Under the pieces are notes generated by a model that was not told the origin of the DNA, searched no databases, and was given only the letters and a program-made list of their open reading frames with translations. A stretch of 64,000 bases of DNA from the human T2T-CHM13v2.0 reference genome, Homo sapiens, in assembly GCF_009914755.1 (NCBI RefSeq), contig NC_060932.1; one strand, given 5' to 3'. Numbering within the stretch: the stretch's first letter is position 1; the number at the start of each line of letters is the position of its first letter. A program made the translations under genes and the position numbers. Of the stretch, positions 1-16,300 are shown piece after piece.

Positions 1-878
1 GGCCTAATGGCTCTTCAGTCAGCAGGTGATGAATCCTGCAAGGACTGGGTCCTTCTCATCAAGGCACGGTTCCCTTCTGGCCCAAGGTGTGTCTACAAAT
101 GTCATTTGGGAGCTAGGGACTAGAATGGAGGCCTCAGGACTCTGCCTGGTGCCTTATCCTGCTGTGGCTGAGCTGGTATCCAAGCTGCAAGACAAAGTCC
201 CCTTTACTCTCCCTCTCCTCTCCCAGAGCTGCGAGCTGTGCTGCCTGGATTGGAGGAGGGGTGGCACAAGCACTCCCTTAGCTGCCCCATCTGGTGTCTG
301 ACTGGATTGCATGCCCCCCAAGTTCACTGGCTCCTAGCCCAGCACAGAACCAGGACTTAACCCAGAATTGCAGTTCTTGTGGCCTAGACTGCCTTTCAGG
401 TTTATTTAGGACCCCAGAGCACTTTAGCCTGCAGTGGCAAGGCTTGCCAGAACTCAGGTTCTGCCCACAGGATGGTTCTCCTGTGGCTAGGGATGGTCTA
501 AATACTCCCTCTGTGGGTACCAGCTGAGCTCTGCCTGGTATTGATTTCCACTGTAACAGGGCAGCATGAGTTCCAATGCCAAGTCCCACAATCACTACTC
601 TCTCCCGCCCACAAATGCACAGATTCTCTCTCTGTGCCACACAGCCACCCTTGCGGAGATGGAATAGGGTTGGCATCCACAGTTCAAGACTGTCTTTCCT
701 ACCGTCTTCAGTACCTCTTTCAGTGATACAAAGTTAAAAACAGGTACGGTGATTGCTTACCTGACTTTTGGTTCTTGTTAAGTTCCTTTTTTTTTTATGG
801 ATAATTGTTCATTTTGGTGTTGCTGTGAGCAGGGTGATTGGTGGAGGCTTCTATCCAGCTGTCTTGCTCTGCCTCCCT
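1..878 (-). mobile_element. 5' end (5'UTR-like region) of an old LINE-1 (L1PB/L1MA-type), running off the window start
   Basis: Motifs such as gctgtggctgagctggtatccaagctgcaagacaaagtcccc and the terminal ctgtcttgctctgcctccc (antisense of the L1 start ...ggagcaagatgg) resemble old L1 5' ends; recalled consensus only. Confidence 0.6.
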
Positions 879-1634
879 CTTGGCCTAGCCTTGTGAATGA
901 ACTTCTTGGAGAAAATGCTGAAGCAGTATCCCAATGATTAAACTGGCAAAGAAAGGGTACATTAGATAAAGGGAACAATATGAACAAGGCCTAGTGATAT
1001 AACAGCATGGGTTGGGGGAAGTGGGCTCTGCAAACTCAGATATTATAAGGAAAGGCAAGAACTCTTTCTTGCTTCCTTGCTTGCTTTTTTTTTTTTTTTT
1101 TTTTATCTGAGGAGCTTGTTCTTTTGTTTCTTAGGTAAGGAGGAGGCAATAAAGAGTTTTAAACAGGAGTGAGCCACTCAGAATTGCATTTAAAACAAAT
1201 TATTTGGAAATCACTCTGTGGAGACTAGATTAAATCTAAAGACAATTGGTCTAGACAGGGGAACCATTTAGGAGGCTTTATAATAACTGAACGATATCAA
1301 AAACATGGTGGAGGAAAATAGGGACTGGATGGAATGCTGGAGAGAAGGGGATTGGAATCAAGCAATGTTTTGGAACTAAAATTGACAGAACTTAATCAGT
1401 TTTTGGCTTGGGACCAGATAAAGAGGGAATGAAATGAGGAGTCAAAAAGTCAGATTTCTGACTAAAGCCACTTGGTGGATTATAGAACCATTAACTAAGA
1501 CAGGGAATACAGCATGTCTGAGAGGAGTTAATGGATTGCTTGGATAAATTAATTTGACGAGCCTGTGAGAGTTCAGGAGAAAATGGCGACAGACTTGCAT
1601 TCACTCATATTTTCTTCATTACATCATTAAACAT

Positions 1635-2216
1635 TGTGGGGCCATAGGCTTTTGGCCCCCTAAAGGTTATCTGAAAATCACTGACATGTGGCAGATTGAT
1701 TAATAGAAAAGCCATACAAATGTATGTAATGTATATACATGGGAGCCTTCAGCGTGAACATCCAGCATCCCAACAAGGTACAGAAGCTTATATATCATCT
1801 CGAGGTCACAGAAAGAATGAGGCTTGGATCCTGGTAAAACAGGTTATGGGAAGGGATAGAACAGAAATTCTATTGAGGGGCAATAAATGATTACTAGGGA
1901 GAATGACTGGATCAGAGAGCAGAGAATAACTTGTAAATAGTTATCTTTGTAACTTAAATGACCTTGGGATAGTCACTATCTTGAAAAAGGGACTGTTCAG
2001 GTGTGGTTACATTTTTGGTCTTCTTTCCGGTAAAGAATAATGAGATAATAAAGAGGGGAACAAGAACAATTGTTCTCCTTGGTGGGGCGGTTTCATCTTT
2101 ATATAGATAGCAGAAATGTCTCTTCTAGTACTTGTTAATCTCTAAGAGTTTTTAATTTAAAATACTCATCACAACTGGGAACCATATTTTGAAATGAAAT
2201 ATTTTTACCTCCTTCA
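1635..2216 (-). mobile_element. Solo ERV1-class LTR (MER4/MER34-like group)
   Basis: TG...CA termini (tgtgggg ... ccttca), ~580 bp, near 4-bp TSD acat/gcat; minus-strand start tgaaggaggtaaaaatatttca is typical of this group. Confidence 0.6.
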
Positions 2217-2486
2217 GCATTCAGTTAGTACTTCCTGTAGATCAAACAGTAGTTTAGGTATTTAGAATATTAAAATATAGGACAGTCCAGGAGCTCACAG
2301 CTCACTGAACTATGACAGATACCTAAGTAGGTAACTACAAAAATAATATCAGTAGGTGCCTGGTAATGGCAAAATGCACAGGATATTCCAAAAGTAATGA
2401 TGAGAGGCACCTCACTCATCAACAAGGGTCAAGAAGGGTGTGCTGGCCAAAGTGATCCAAAGTCTGAGTCTCAAAAAAAAAGTTAG

Positions 2487-2612
2487 CGCTTGGCACAGTG
2501 GTGCACACCTGTAGTCCCAGCTACTTAGGAGGCTGAGGCGGGAGGATCACTTGAGCCTGGGAGTTTGAGGCCAACCTGGGCAACATAATGGGATCCAATC
2601 TATTGAAAAAAG
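2487..2612 (+). mobile_element. Alu monomer (FLAM-like)
   Basis: ggtgcacacctgtagtcccagctacttaggaggctgaggcgggaggatcacttgagcc...gggcaacata, single arm followed by an A-rich tail. Confidence 0.8.
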
Positions 2613-3144
2613 AGAAAGACAAGTTAAGCAAGCAGCCAGAGTTATAAATAGTTTTTTTCTGTGTCCCTGGGACCACAATGGTGCCTGAGATATGAGGGTA
2701 GCAATCAGCAGCTTTAGTATTTACCTCTCTATGGATGCTTTGCCAGTCTGCAGTCAGGGAAAATGGATCCCTTAGGTTCAGCAGTTGGTTTATGTGGATA
2801 TTTGGGCAACCTCCTGGGTAGGTTACTAAATTGTTTCTACAGAATGAGTACTTCTGACCCTTCTTTAGTTTTCATTTTATACACCCAAGAAAAAGACAGT
2901 TTCAGGATCGAACATCTGAGTCTTCTTTCTACTTTAGCTTTGTTTTGTTTTTGTTCTAATGATCATCTGTTAAAATTGCACCTTTTTTTTATTGTTGTTA
3001 AAGGTATTATTTTCTGTGAGGTCATAGAATTTGGAAGCCCACATACAGGGATGCAGAGGCAAATGTGTGAGTCATTTTAGCCATCCAATTTATCTAAAAT
3101 ATTTTTCCCACCAGCCTCTTCCAGTACCCCAAATTCTACAAGTC

Positions 3145-4355
3145 AAAAATAAAAATAATGCCTTTCAACAAATGTTGCTGACATAACTAGATATCCACAC
3201 ATAAAAGAATGAAGTTGAACCCCTACCTCATACAGTATACACACAGCACTAATTCAGGAAAGATCGTAGACTTACATTTAAGAGATAAAACTGTAAAACT
3301 CTTAAAAGAAGACATAGGTGTAAATCTTTGTGACTTTGGGTTAAACAATGGTTTCTTGGTATGACACCAAAAGCACAAGCAAAATAACAAACATATTGGA
3401 CTTTGCAAAAATTAAACTGTTTTGTGCTGCAAAAAAGTGAAGATAATCCACAGAATGGGAGAAAATATTTGCAAATCATATATCTGATACAATATTTGCA
3501 AAGTATATATCTGATATGATATATCTGATATTTGCAAATCATGTATCTATATATATCAAATATAATAATCTTATATTTTATATCCAAAATATAAAAAGAA
3601 CTCCTACAATTCAATAATAAAAGGACAAATAACCAAATTTAAAAATGAGCAAAGGGTTTGAATAGATATTTCTCCAAGAATATATACAGTCAATAAGCAC
3701 ATGAAAAAATGCTGAACATCATTAGTAATTAGGGAAATACAAATCAAAATCACAATGGGATAGTCCTTCACGCTCACTAGGATAACTGCAGTCAAATATG
3801 TCTTAGCAGTTCCACTGCTACGTACATATTTCAGAAAATTAAAAAGCAAATTTGCACACACATATTCATAGCAGCATTATTCATCATCACCAAAAACTGG
3901 AAACAACCCAAATGTTTATTAACTGATAATGGATAAGCAGAATGTGATATATGCTTATGTTGTAATACTGTTCAGCCACAAAATGGAATGAAGTATTGAT
4001 ACATGTTTCAACATGGATGAACCTTGGAAGCATTATGCTATATGAAGGAAACCGGGTACAAAAATCACATATTATATGATTCCATTTCTATGAAATGTCC
4101 TGAATAGGCAAATCTATAGAGACAGAAAGAAAATTAGTGGTTTCTTGGGGCTGGAGGGGAGCATGAGTGAGGAGTGACTGCTCAGTAGTATGGGATACTG
4201 TGTGTGTGTGTGTGTGTGTGTGTTGATTATGATGTTCTGGGATTAGACAGTGGTGATGGTTGCACAAACTTGTGTATACTAAAAACAATAAATTGTATGC
4301 TATTGAAAGGTAATTTTTGTGGCATGTGAGTTATATGTCAATAAGGTGTTTTAAA
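3145..4355 (+). mobile_element. Old L1 (L1MB/L1MC-like) ORF2 3' part and 3'UTR, degenerate
   Basis: ttcaacaaatgttgctg, gacaccaaaagcacaagc, aactggaaacaacccaaatgt, ggcaaatctatagagacagaaag, typical mammalian L1 3' sequence. Confidence 0.75.
4199..4223. repeat. (TG)n microsatellite
   Basis: About 12 TG units read directly. Confidence 0.95.
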
Positions 4356-4520
4356 AAATAATTCCTTTACATTAAGGTGTTTTTCCTGTTTAAAAACATG
4401 GGGAGAAAGGAACATTTTAGTATTGTGCACGGGTGACTCAAGTTTCTGACCCTTTCCAATGCACAACTAGCTGTAAACAAGACTCAGAGTTTTGTTAGGC
4501 CTGATAAGAAAATACAGTGT

Positions 4521-8683
<4,163 letters not shown>

Positions 8684-8880
8684 AAGAAAATACAGTGTCC
8701 CCACATGAAGGAAGGAACACTTACAAGGGATGGGACCCTGAGAGAGCCTGGGTATCCAGGAGCGAAGCCAAAGATCCTGATGTCTGAGGAAGGTGAGAAG
8801 GGGCCCTGCTCATGAAGATGTAGAATATTAAGTATGAGTGAATGCTGTAATCAATCATGAAGCCTTGATGAGAACTTCTG

Positions 8881-11530
8881 GGTAGTCCACCCAGAAGTCC
8901 AACTGCTGCTTGTCTCACCTGTGCCAACATCCTGGGGTTGAGGAGTGGAGCAAATGTTCCATTTGGCTGTTGCACTCCGGTCCACCCCGTGTACCCTTCC
9001 TTCAGAGGCGATCGCCATGGCTGTTAGGCCTTGAGGCAGAAGTGCCCACGCACGGTGGCGAGAGTGCCATGGACCTCTGCCACAGTGGATTTTATGGTTG
9101 CGGGACCTCGGTGCCTTCCTGTGCACAGCTGGCACTCTTCACGCCGTGTCTCTGATGACTTGGTAGTAGAGAAGTCCCTCAAGTCCTTCAAGGACAAGAA
9201 CAAGAAGCTTGAGGAAGGCGGCCAAGTGTACACCCCCACCCCACAGAGGTGGTGGTGAATAAGTCGCTCGGGCAGAGGGAGCTGGATGAGCTGAAGCGCT
9301 ACTGCCTTGGCTTCTGCCTGCTGTGGATCCATGCCAAGATCGTGGTGCTCATGCTGTGGCACATCCTTGACAGCCACACCCTGACCAGGCAAAGCGCAGG
9401 CAGTTTCTCCGGATCCGCGCCGACCTCCTCCGCTTGGTGCCGTTCCTTGTGTTCGTGGTTGTCCAGTTCATGGAATTCCTGCCGCCCGTGACCATGAAGC
9501 TCTTCCCCAGCATGCCAGCATCCACGTTTGAGACCCAGTCCATCAAGGAGGAGAGCCTGAAGGAGCTTCGGGTCAACCTGGAGCTGGCAGAGTTCCTCCA
9601 GGACACCATCGAGGAGAGGACCTTGAAGAACATAGCAGCCAAGGGCAGTGCCACCAGACTTCTCCGTTTTCCCAGAAGATCCGGGGGATGGGGGAGAGAC
9701 CCAGCAATGAGGAAATCATGCGTTTTTCCAAATTATTTGAGAATGAGCTGACCCTGGACAACCTGTCACGGCCGCAGCTGGTGGCGCCGTGCAAGCTGCT
9801 GGAGCTGCAGTCCATCGGCATCAACAACTTCTGCGGTTCCAGCTCACCATGTGACTGCGCTCCATAAAGGCCAATGATAAGCTGATTGCTGAGGAGGGGT
9901 GGACAACCTGAACGTCAAGGGGCTGCAGCCGGCGTGTGGGAAGTGAGGTATGTGGGCCCTCCGCCTCAGCTGAAGCAGTGTCTGGACCTGCACCTGCATC
10001 AGGAGATTCCCATATCGCTACTCATCCTGTCCCAGACGATGTACCTCCCAGAAACTCTTGCCAGCTGACCAGCTCAAGTCCATACTGCAGACTCTCCCAG
10101 AGATTGTGGCAAAGGAAGAGCAGGTGAAAGTGGCTGAGGTGGAGGGTGGGCAAGTGCACAAGGTAAAGCTGGAGGTCACGCTGCAGGAGGAGGCAGCCAT
10201 CCAGCAGGAGCACCACAAGGAGCTGCAGAAGCGCTCGGAGTTGGAGAAGGATGTCGCGCCCGAAGGTGTGGAAGCCACCCCTCGAAGGCCAGGGGCCTAA
10301 CCTCAGCCAGAAGTGCCTGAAGCAGTCCTGTGGTCAGAGACCCTGAAGGACACTGCCCCCTGCTAGAGAGCTTGAAGGAGAAGGAGATAACTAAGGAGGA
10401 AATCGACATCCTCAGCGATGCCTGCTCTAAGCTGAAGGAGCAGAAGTCGCTCACCAAAGAGAAGGAGGAGCTGGAGCTGCTGAAGGAGGACGTGCAGGAC
10501 TACAGCGAGAACATGCAAGAGATCAAGAAGGAACTCTCAAAGACTGGTAGGTGAAGAAAAATATGTGAAAGCATCTAAAGCCACCAAGAGACTGACAGAG
10601 GGTGCAGCAGATGATCGGGCAGATCGAGGGCTTGATCTCACACCTGGAGATGGACCAGGGCCTGCAAGCTGGGCCTGGCCTAGGGCGCGCCCGTAGGGGA
10701 GAACATCATCAGTGTCACTGAGCTCATCAGCACCATGAAGCAAGTCAGGCACATTCCAGAAAGCAAGCTCACCAGCCTGGCCTCAGCACTGGATGAAGAC
10801 AAGAATGGCAAGGTCAACATCAATGACCTCATCAATGTGATTGAGTTGGTGGACAAAGATGTTCATGCCTCCACCAGCCAGGTGGCCAAGATTGTAGCGA
10901 CCTTGGAGAAAGAAGAGAAGATGGAGGAGAAGACTGAGAAGGAGGCCGCAGAGGTGAAGAGCTAGAGCTGCTGGCCTAGCCACCTGTCCTCCTGCTGCCC
11001 CACTGCCCTGGCGAGGGCCGTGAGAGCAATTGCTTTGAGGTGATTCTCAGTGGCTCATCTAATACATTGGCTGGAATGAATCAGAGACTTCCATAATCAA
11101 GTAAATTTTAATTTTCATCATTCCATGGATATTCACTTAGTCTGGAATCCCAGAACCCCTCCACAGAATTGTGTTGGAACCACACTGTGGTGTGGTGCAG
11201 CTGCTGCAGCTGCCTGACTCCAGAGGCCACTGGGCCAGGCTAGGGCAGGAAGGTGCCCCCTTGTGTGTGTCCTCCCATCTCGGCTGCCCTGCCCCCAGGG
11301 AAGAGAATGAGGACCACGCGGACTCTGCCCACACAGAGCTGTCAGCTGCGCCCACCCTCAGAGGTTCATGAGACACAGCCCAGCCTCCTCGGGGCTGAAG
11401 ATGCCTCTGTTCATCTGTGAATCTTGATTTCTAGATATTGGTGTCAATAGATCTCTCTTCCTGCACACACAGAAAAATAATATTACATATGATTTATAAC
11501 TTAATAATAATATGCCTAATAACTTTGCTA
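8881..11530 (+). pseudogene. LETM1: Processed pseudogene of LETM1 (mitochondrial inner-membrane protein); probably the copy annotated LETM1P3
   Basis: Intronless, frame-broken homology: [78 protein letters not shown]-hand [14 protein letters not shown], ending AEVKS-TAG (10963-10965), then GC-rich 3'UTR-like sequence. Many stops and frameshifts; 3' boundary approximate. Confidence 0.92.
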
Positions 11531-12473
11531 GTCCTAGCTTCATTTGGGATTATGTCTTCTGTTACATCCTCAGGCTGTCATGAAATGAGCACTTGTTAGG
11601 GTCAGTTAAGCTCAAACATTTGTTGAATGCATGCATATGTAAGACACATTGTGCTAAGCACTGGGTTTTAAAGATGTGTGACATGCTCTGTCTTGATGCT
11701 TATAGTCTTATGTCTTATTAATAATAGAAATAGAGTGATTTTAGGTGAAATAAGAAGGTTAAAAACAATACAGCTAGTTTTCATGTCAGGTAAGTAAGAG
11801 ACAAATAAGGACAACATGTGGTATATGGTACATATAAAATGGACTACAGATTTAAAGAAATCTCAGTCTACCAATGTTACATTGGGCAAGGTATTTGAAC
11901 TTTTATCAATGCAGAGTGTAGGGAAAGGTACAGGGACTCTTCTGGTTTGCAACAGGTCATAAGGGGGAAACAGACATTTTCTGCATGAACAATTAGAGAA
12001 TTGTAGGGATACTTGGATAAATATTTATTAGTAATACCATTATTTGTGTCAAACATGGTTCTGGGTAGTAAGGAAAGTCTTTTTTTTTTTTTTTTTTTTT
12101 TTTTGAAGAAAGGCCAGTTTCATATAGGTAACAAACTGGAAAACCTGCTTCATTTTGCCTTGGACTATAAGGGGCAGAGTGGAAATTGACAGCCTTGATA
12201 TCCTTGTGTGGCCCTCGATGTATCAGGGCCACACATGTCACAAGGATTGGCCAGGAATGTAGGCATGTAAGTAGTCCAGGGAGAGTGCTCCTTCAAGTAA
12301 CAACATGGAAAGAATCGTTAAGTGATGAGTAAGAGATATATCATGTTCAGGCATCCTAATGAGTCCATAATATGGATCTTGGGACACTTTTATGTAGGAG
12401 CTTGTCAGAGAAGTAAAGGCTTGTATTCAGTAAGAAAGCTTCAATAATTGTTTTCTCTTTTTTACTTCTATAG

Positions 12474-12881
12474 CGGATGTCAATTTGGATATATCAAAGC
12501 CTTTGAAAGCAAACCTGAGTTTCACCAAACTGGATCAGATAAACCTTTTTTTAAAGAAGATAAAAAATGCACACAGTTTGGCACATAGTGAAGAGACTTC
12601 AGCCATGTCCAACACCATGGTGAATAAGGATGATCTTCCAGTCTCCAAATATTACCGTGGAAAGTTGTCTAAACCCAAAATTCATGGTGATGGAGTGCAA
12701 AAGATTTCAGCTCAAGAAAACATGTGGAGAGCTGTTTCCTGCTTTCAAAAAATTTCTGTTCAAACTACTCAGATTGTGATCTCCATGGAAACTGTACCCC
12801 ATACCAGCAAACCATGCCTGTTAGCATCTCTCTCAAACCTCAATGGAAGCCTTAGTGTCAAGGCAACACAAAAAGTACCTG
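12474..12881 (+). CDS. VPS13B: VPS13B internal coding exon (408 nt, phase 1-1; likely exon 36)
   Basis: Polypyrimidine tract + TAG acceptor (12471-12473), donor G|GTAAGT; encodes DVNLDISKPLKANLSFTKLDQ...SVKATQKVP, recognised as VPS13B. Confidence 0.95.
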
Positions 12882-13204
12882 GTAAGTCACAGAAAAGGGG
12901 AGGGGGGAGACAGAACAAGTAAGATGATTTGTTAACATCTGAAAATGCATCATTTTGAAGATTTATATTATGTAGAAGTTAAAAGTTGTAAAGGCCATTA
13001 GAGATGAGGACATTTCTGGTTTGTGACCTTATTTTTAGAGATAATTTTAGAACAAATCCTTTAAGTAATGTCTAAACAGAAATGTTCCTGTCCTCTTGAG
13101 GCATGTTCTTCCAGGTATCTAAAACTGTTAATTCCTAAATTCCTTTTTACCTAAAACAGCTATAGTGGAACAACAGTATATCAAGTTTTATGAACCATAA
13201 GAAG

Positions 13205-13386
13205 AGTGTTTCTCAAAGTGTGATCTCTGGACTAGCAGCATCAGCATCACCTGGGAAATTGTTACAAATGCAAATTCTCAGACCCCACCCATGACCTACT
13301 AAATGCAAAACTCTGGGCATGGAGCCCAGCAATCTGTGCTTCAACAAGCCCTATAGGTGATTCTGATGCACAGCATTAAGTCACTG
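13205..13386. mobile_element. MER5A (hAT-Charlie) DNA transposon relic
   Basis: agtgtttctcaaagtgtg...agcagcatcagcatcacctgggaa...gcaaattctcagaccccacc...cccagcaatctgtg...ggtgattctgatgcac. Confidence 0.85.
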
Positions 13387-16300
13387 GTAACCATTTACTT
13401 AAAAAAGAAAAGTTGGTGTTGTGGCAGATATGCTACACAAAGTGTAACAGAAGCCAAGGTTCAACTTTGCAAGAATGCTGTTGAGGCATTTTATCAGGCA
13501 GCAACACCTGGCAACGAAAAGCTGTGCTTCTGTGCCTAGCCTAGCAAAGTGGGGTACAGACTCTGCAAAGTGACTGCCATTGATGGGAGGATATGTGAGA
13601 AATCAACTGGCAGTGACATCTACATTTTCCACTTCTGTTACCATGACTAAATTGTTATATACTTTTTCAAAAAGCATGGGAAGTGTGGGCAGAAGGATTG
13701 TGAGGAGGGGAAGAGGAAAGGCAAGACACAGGTGGGAAATAGCAGTTTTCAATCACAGAAACTGCTACTGTAAAATTTCAGGGCACAGGGCCAGAAATTT
13801 GGCTCTGAAAGTAAATGTAGCAAAAGGGAACCATGTATTTTCCCTCTTTAATTTGTGGGGGGAAATTGGGGATTGGGGATAGTGCAGGGGATAAAGCAAA
13901 TCCTTATATGCAACTTAGTTGCTTATCAAAAAGTAATTAAATTGCAGCTGTAGACTTACTGTAACTTAGTTCCACATAGCCAGGTTGGGCACAGTAGTTA
14001 AAACAGAAAGGAAAAGTTTTATAGTTGAGAAGCCTGAATTTTAGGCCAAAACATAGATGATTTATTTCTTTCTCACTAGAAATATTCGTGACCAAGCCAA
14101 CTAAAAGTTCTGTATTTTGTTTAATTGTCTTAAAAGTTACAAGTGAAAAAGGTAAGTAAAGTTCATGGGTCATGAAAGACTATGAAATACTGGAGACTAC
14201 AGTATCTGATTTATCCACAAATAAATTGCAACCCAGACAACACTAGGTCTGTTCCCATGCCTTTCCAGTTGTACCTCAATCATAGCAGGGAAAGGTTAAG
14301 ACTCAAACAAAATGGAAGAATTTAAACGTACTATACTCACTTTTAGGTGCTTTTCTTTTTTCATCCTCATTGCTTTTTTTATTCATTAGTTACTCATATT
14401 TTATCCATGTTTAATGATGTCTGTCTTTGGGAAACACCTCTAAAATATTAAAAATCCTTCTCTCACTAAGCTGTGCAAGTTAGTAAACTCTAGTTTTGGA
14501 ACTTGTTTTTTCCCCCTGTATGTAAGAAAAACTATATACCCCTAATCCTTTTACAATGCTGTTCTTAAATCTAGTTAAACACAAAAACAGCAACTATAGC
14601 TTTGACTAAACATACTTTATACAACTCTAACATGTAGTGTCCAGCAAATGTTTTAAAATAATTATTTGCATCAAGTCAAATCAGAGTTGAGATTAGCTAC
14701 TTAATAGTAACAATTTTGTTATGAGACTATAATGAACACCAAAATCTATTTTTAGTACAGTTTTTTCTTTATGCATACTCAAACAGTTTAGGATGATAAC
14801 AAGGTTAGCAAAATAATAAACTGTAATTACATGAAATAAGATTTATTAACTTCTAGTTATAAGGACTGATTTCTTGGAAAATTGTGATTAAGAGATTGCC
14901 ACATATTTTTTTCAAAAAAATTGATTTTAACTGTATTTTTAAAATAAAACATAACTTAAGTTTTGAATGTTAATTTCATTGTGTAGTTGAATGTCTTAAA
15001 AATTCATGCTTTGCAATTTGGATAAAATACATGCAAACATATATTCAAAGTATAATTTTGATAAGTGGTAAAAACTATCCACCACCACCAAAAAGCAAAT
15101 ATACTCACATAAAAGCCTCCTACCAGTAGTCATATTTCTTTTTGTAGTTTTCAAGTAACATTGTTCTACATTCAACTGAAATTTTTTATACTTTAGTATA
15201 TCTTTGAGCTCAATGGAGTTGATGTCAGATTTTTATAGTTTGAATCTAATACAGAAATACTTAACTGTGTCTTTGATTTTACAGTTTATATAACTGTTGT
15301 GACCATCTGCAGCAGCTGCACTTTTCAGAATTATTTGCTGAACCAAATTGAGCACAGTGACAAAAGTAGTCATCTCAGATGTACTATTAAACGAAAGAAA
15401 AAGGAGCATTGCCTTGGTACAGTACAGCCATCTGCTGTACAGATGTTATTGTATAGAATGACTTCAGATAAAATAATTGTAGAAAATTTTCATTAAAACC
15501 TCAACAATTTGCACTTGTTTATGTGAATCTGCATAACTCCCCAATGAGAGAACACACTTGGGGTTTCTTCGGTTCTCACTCACTTTCTCTTTGATCCTTT
15601 TTGATGTGCTGATTTTAATAAACACAGTCAAAAACACTGTGCAAAAACATCATGGAAAAAACTACAAAGGAACAATTATAGCAGCAGAAACTACTCTAAT
15701 CCCTAACTTATGCAAGCTATTTTTAGTGAAGTATTTTTTTAACACTCTTTATGTGACAATGTTATATAAACAGGGTAAAACGGTCCTTTCCAGATGAGTT
15801 TTAATTTAGGAGCCGAAATAGATTTGTAATGCTAGAGGAATCTTATGTGCTAAGTAATATTTAGAGAAACACCATTGAGAATGTGTTTTAGATATGTTTC
15901 TTTGTCAAAGGTACAAAAATATTTGATTTCACCTAATGATTATATGTTTTTATCATCTAAACTGTCATAAGCTTACAGGAAGTGTATGTGGAAAGGAAAT
16001 AATATGATCAAAAGTGGTAAGTTAATTTTCTCCCCCGGGCATTCCGAATACATTTAAATCTGTGCTTTCAGATTTATTTACTGATTTATAAAACTAAATA
16101 TTTATAAATTATTGACTGAAGCAGTTAAAGGAATTCCTCTTATTATCATTTGGAATGAAACGAAATGGTTAAATATTTTCTACTTTACCAAAAATATCTA
16201 CCAGTTCTTCTTAGCCTCCTATGTTATTCTTTAACCCTAAACTATGGGAGTTTCATAGGATTTGATTTTTTTTTAATTCCACTCTGCAGATACTGGTATA

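Noticed and set aside
9031-10965. Functional LETM1 retrogene
   Set aside because: Homology is split over many frames with stops, and the N-terminal start is missing.
12882-12922. ORF-track extensions beyond the VPS13B exon ends (also 30327-30401, 33506-33513, 34001-34024)
   Set aside because: Intronic read-through past good GT donors; the spliced frame is continuous without them.
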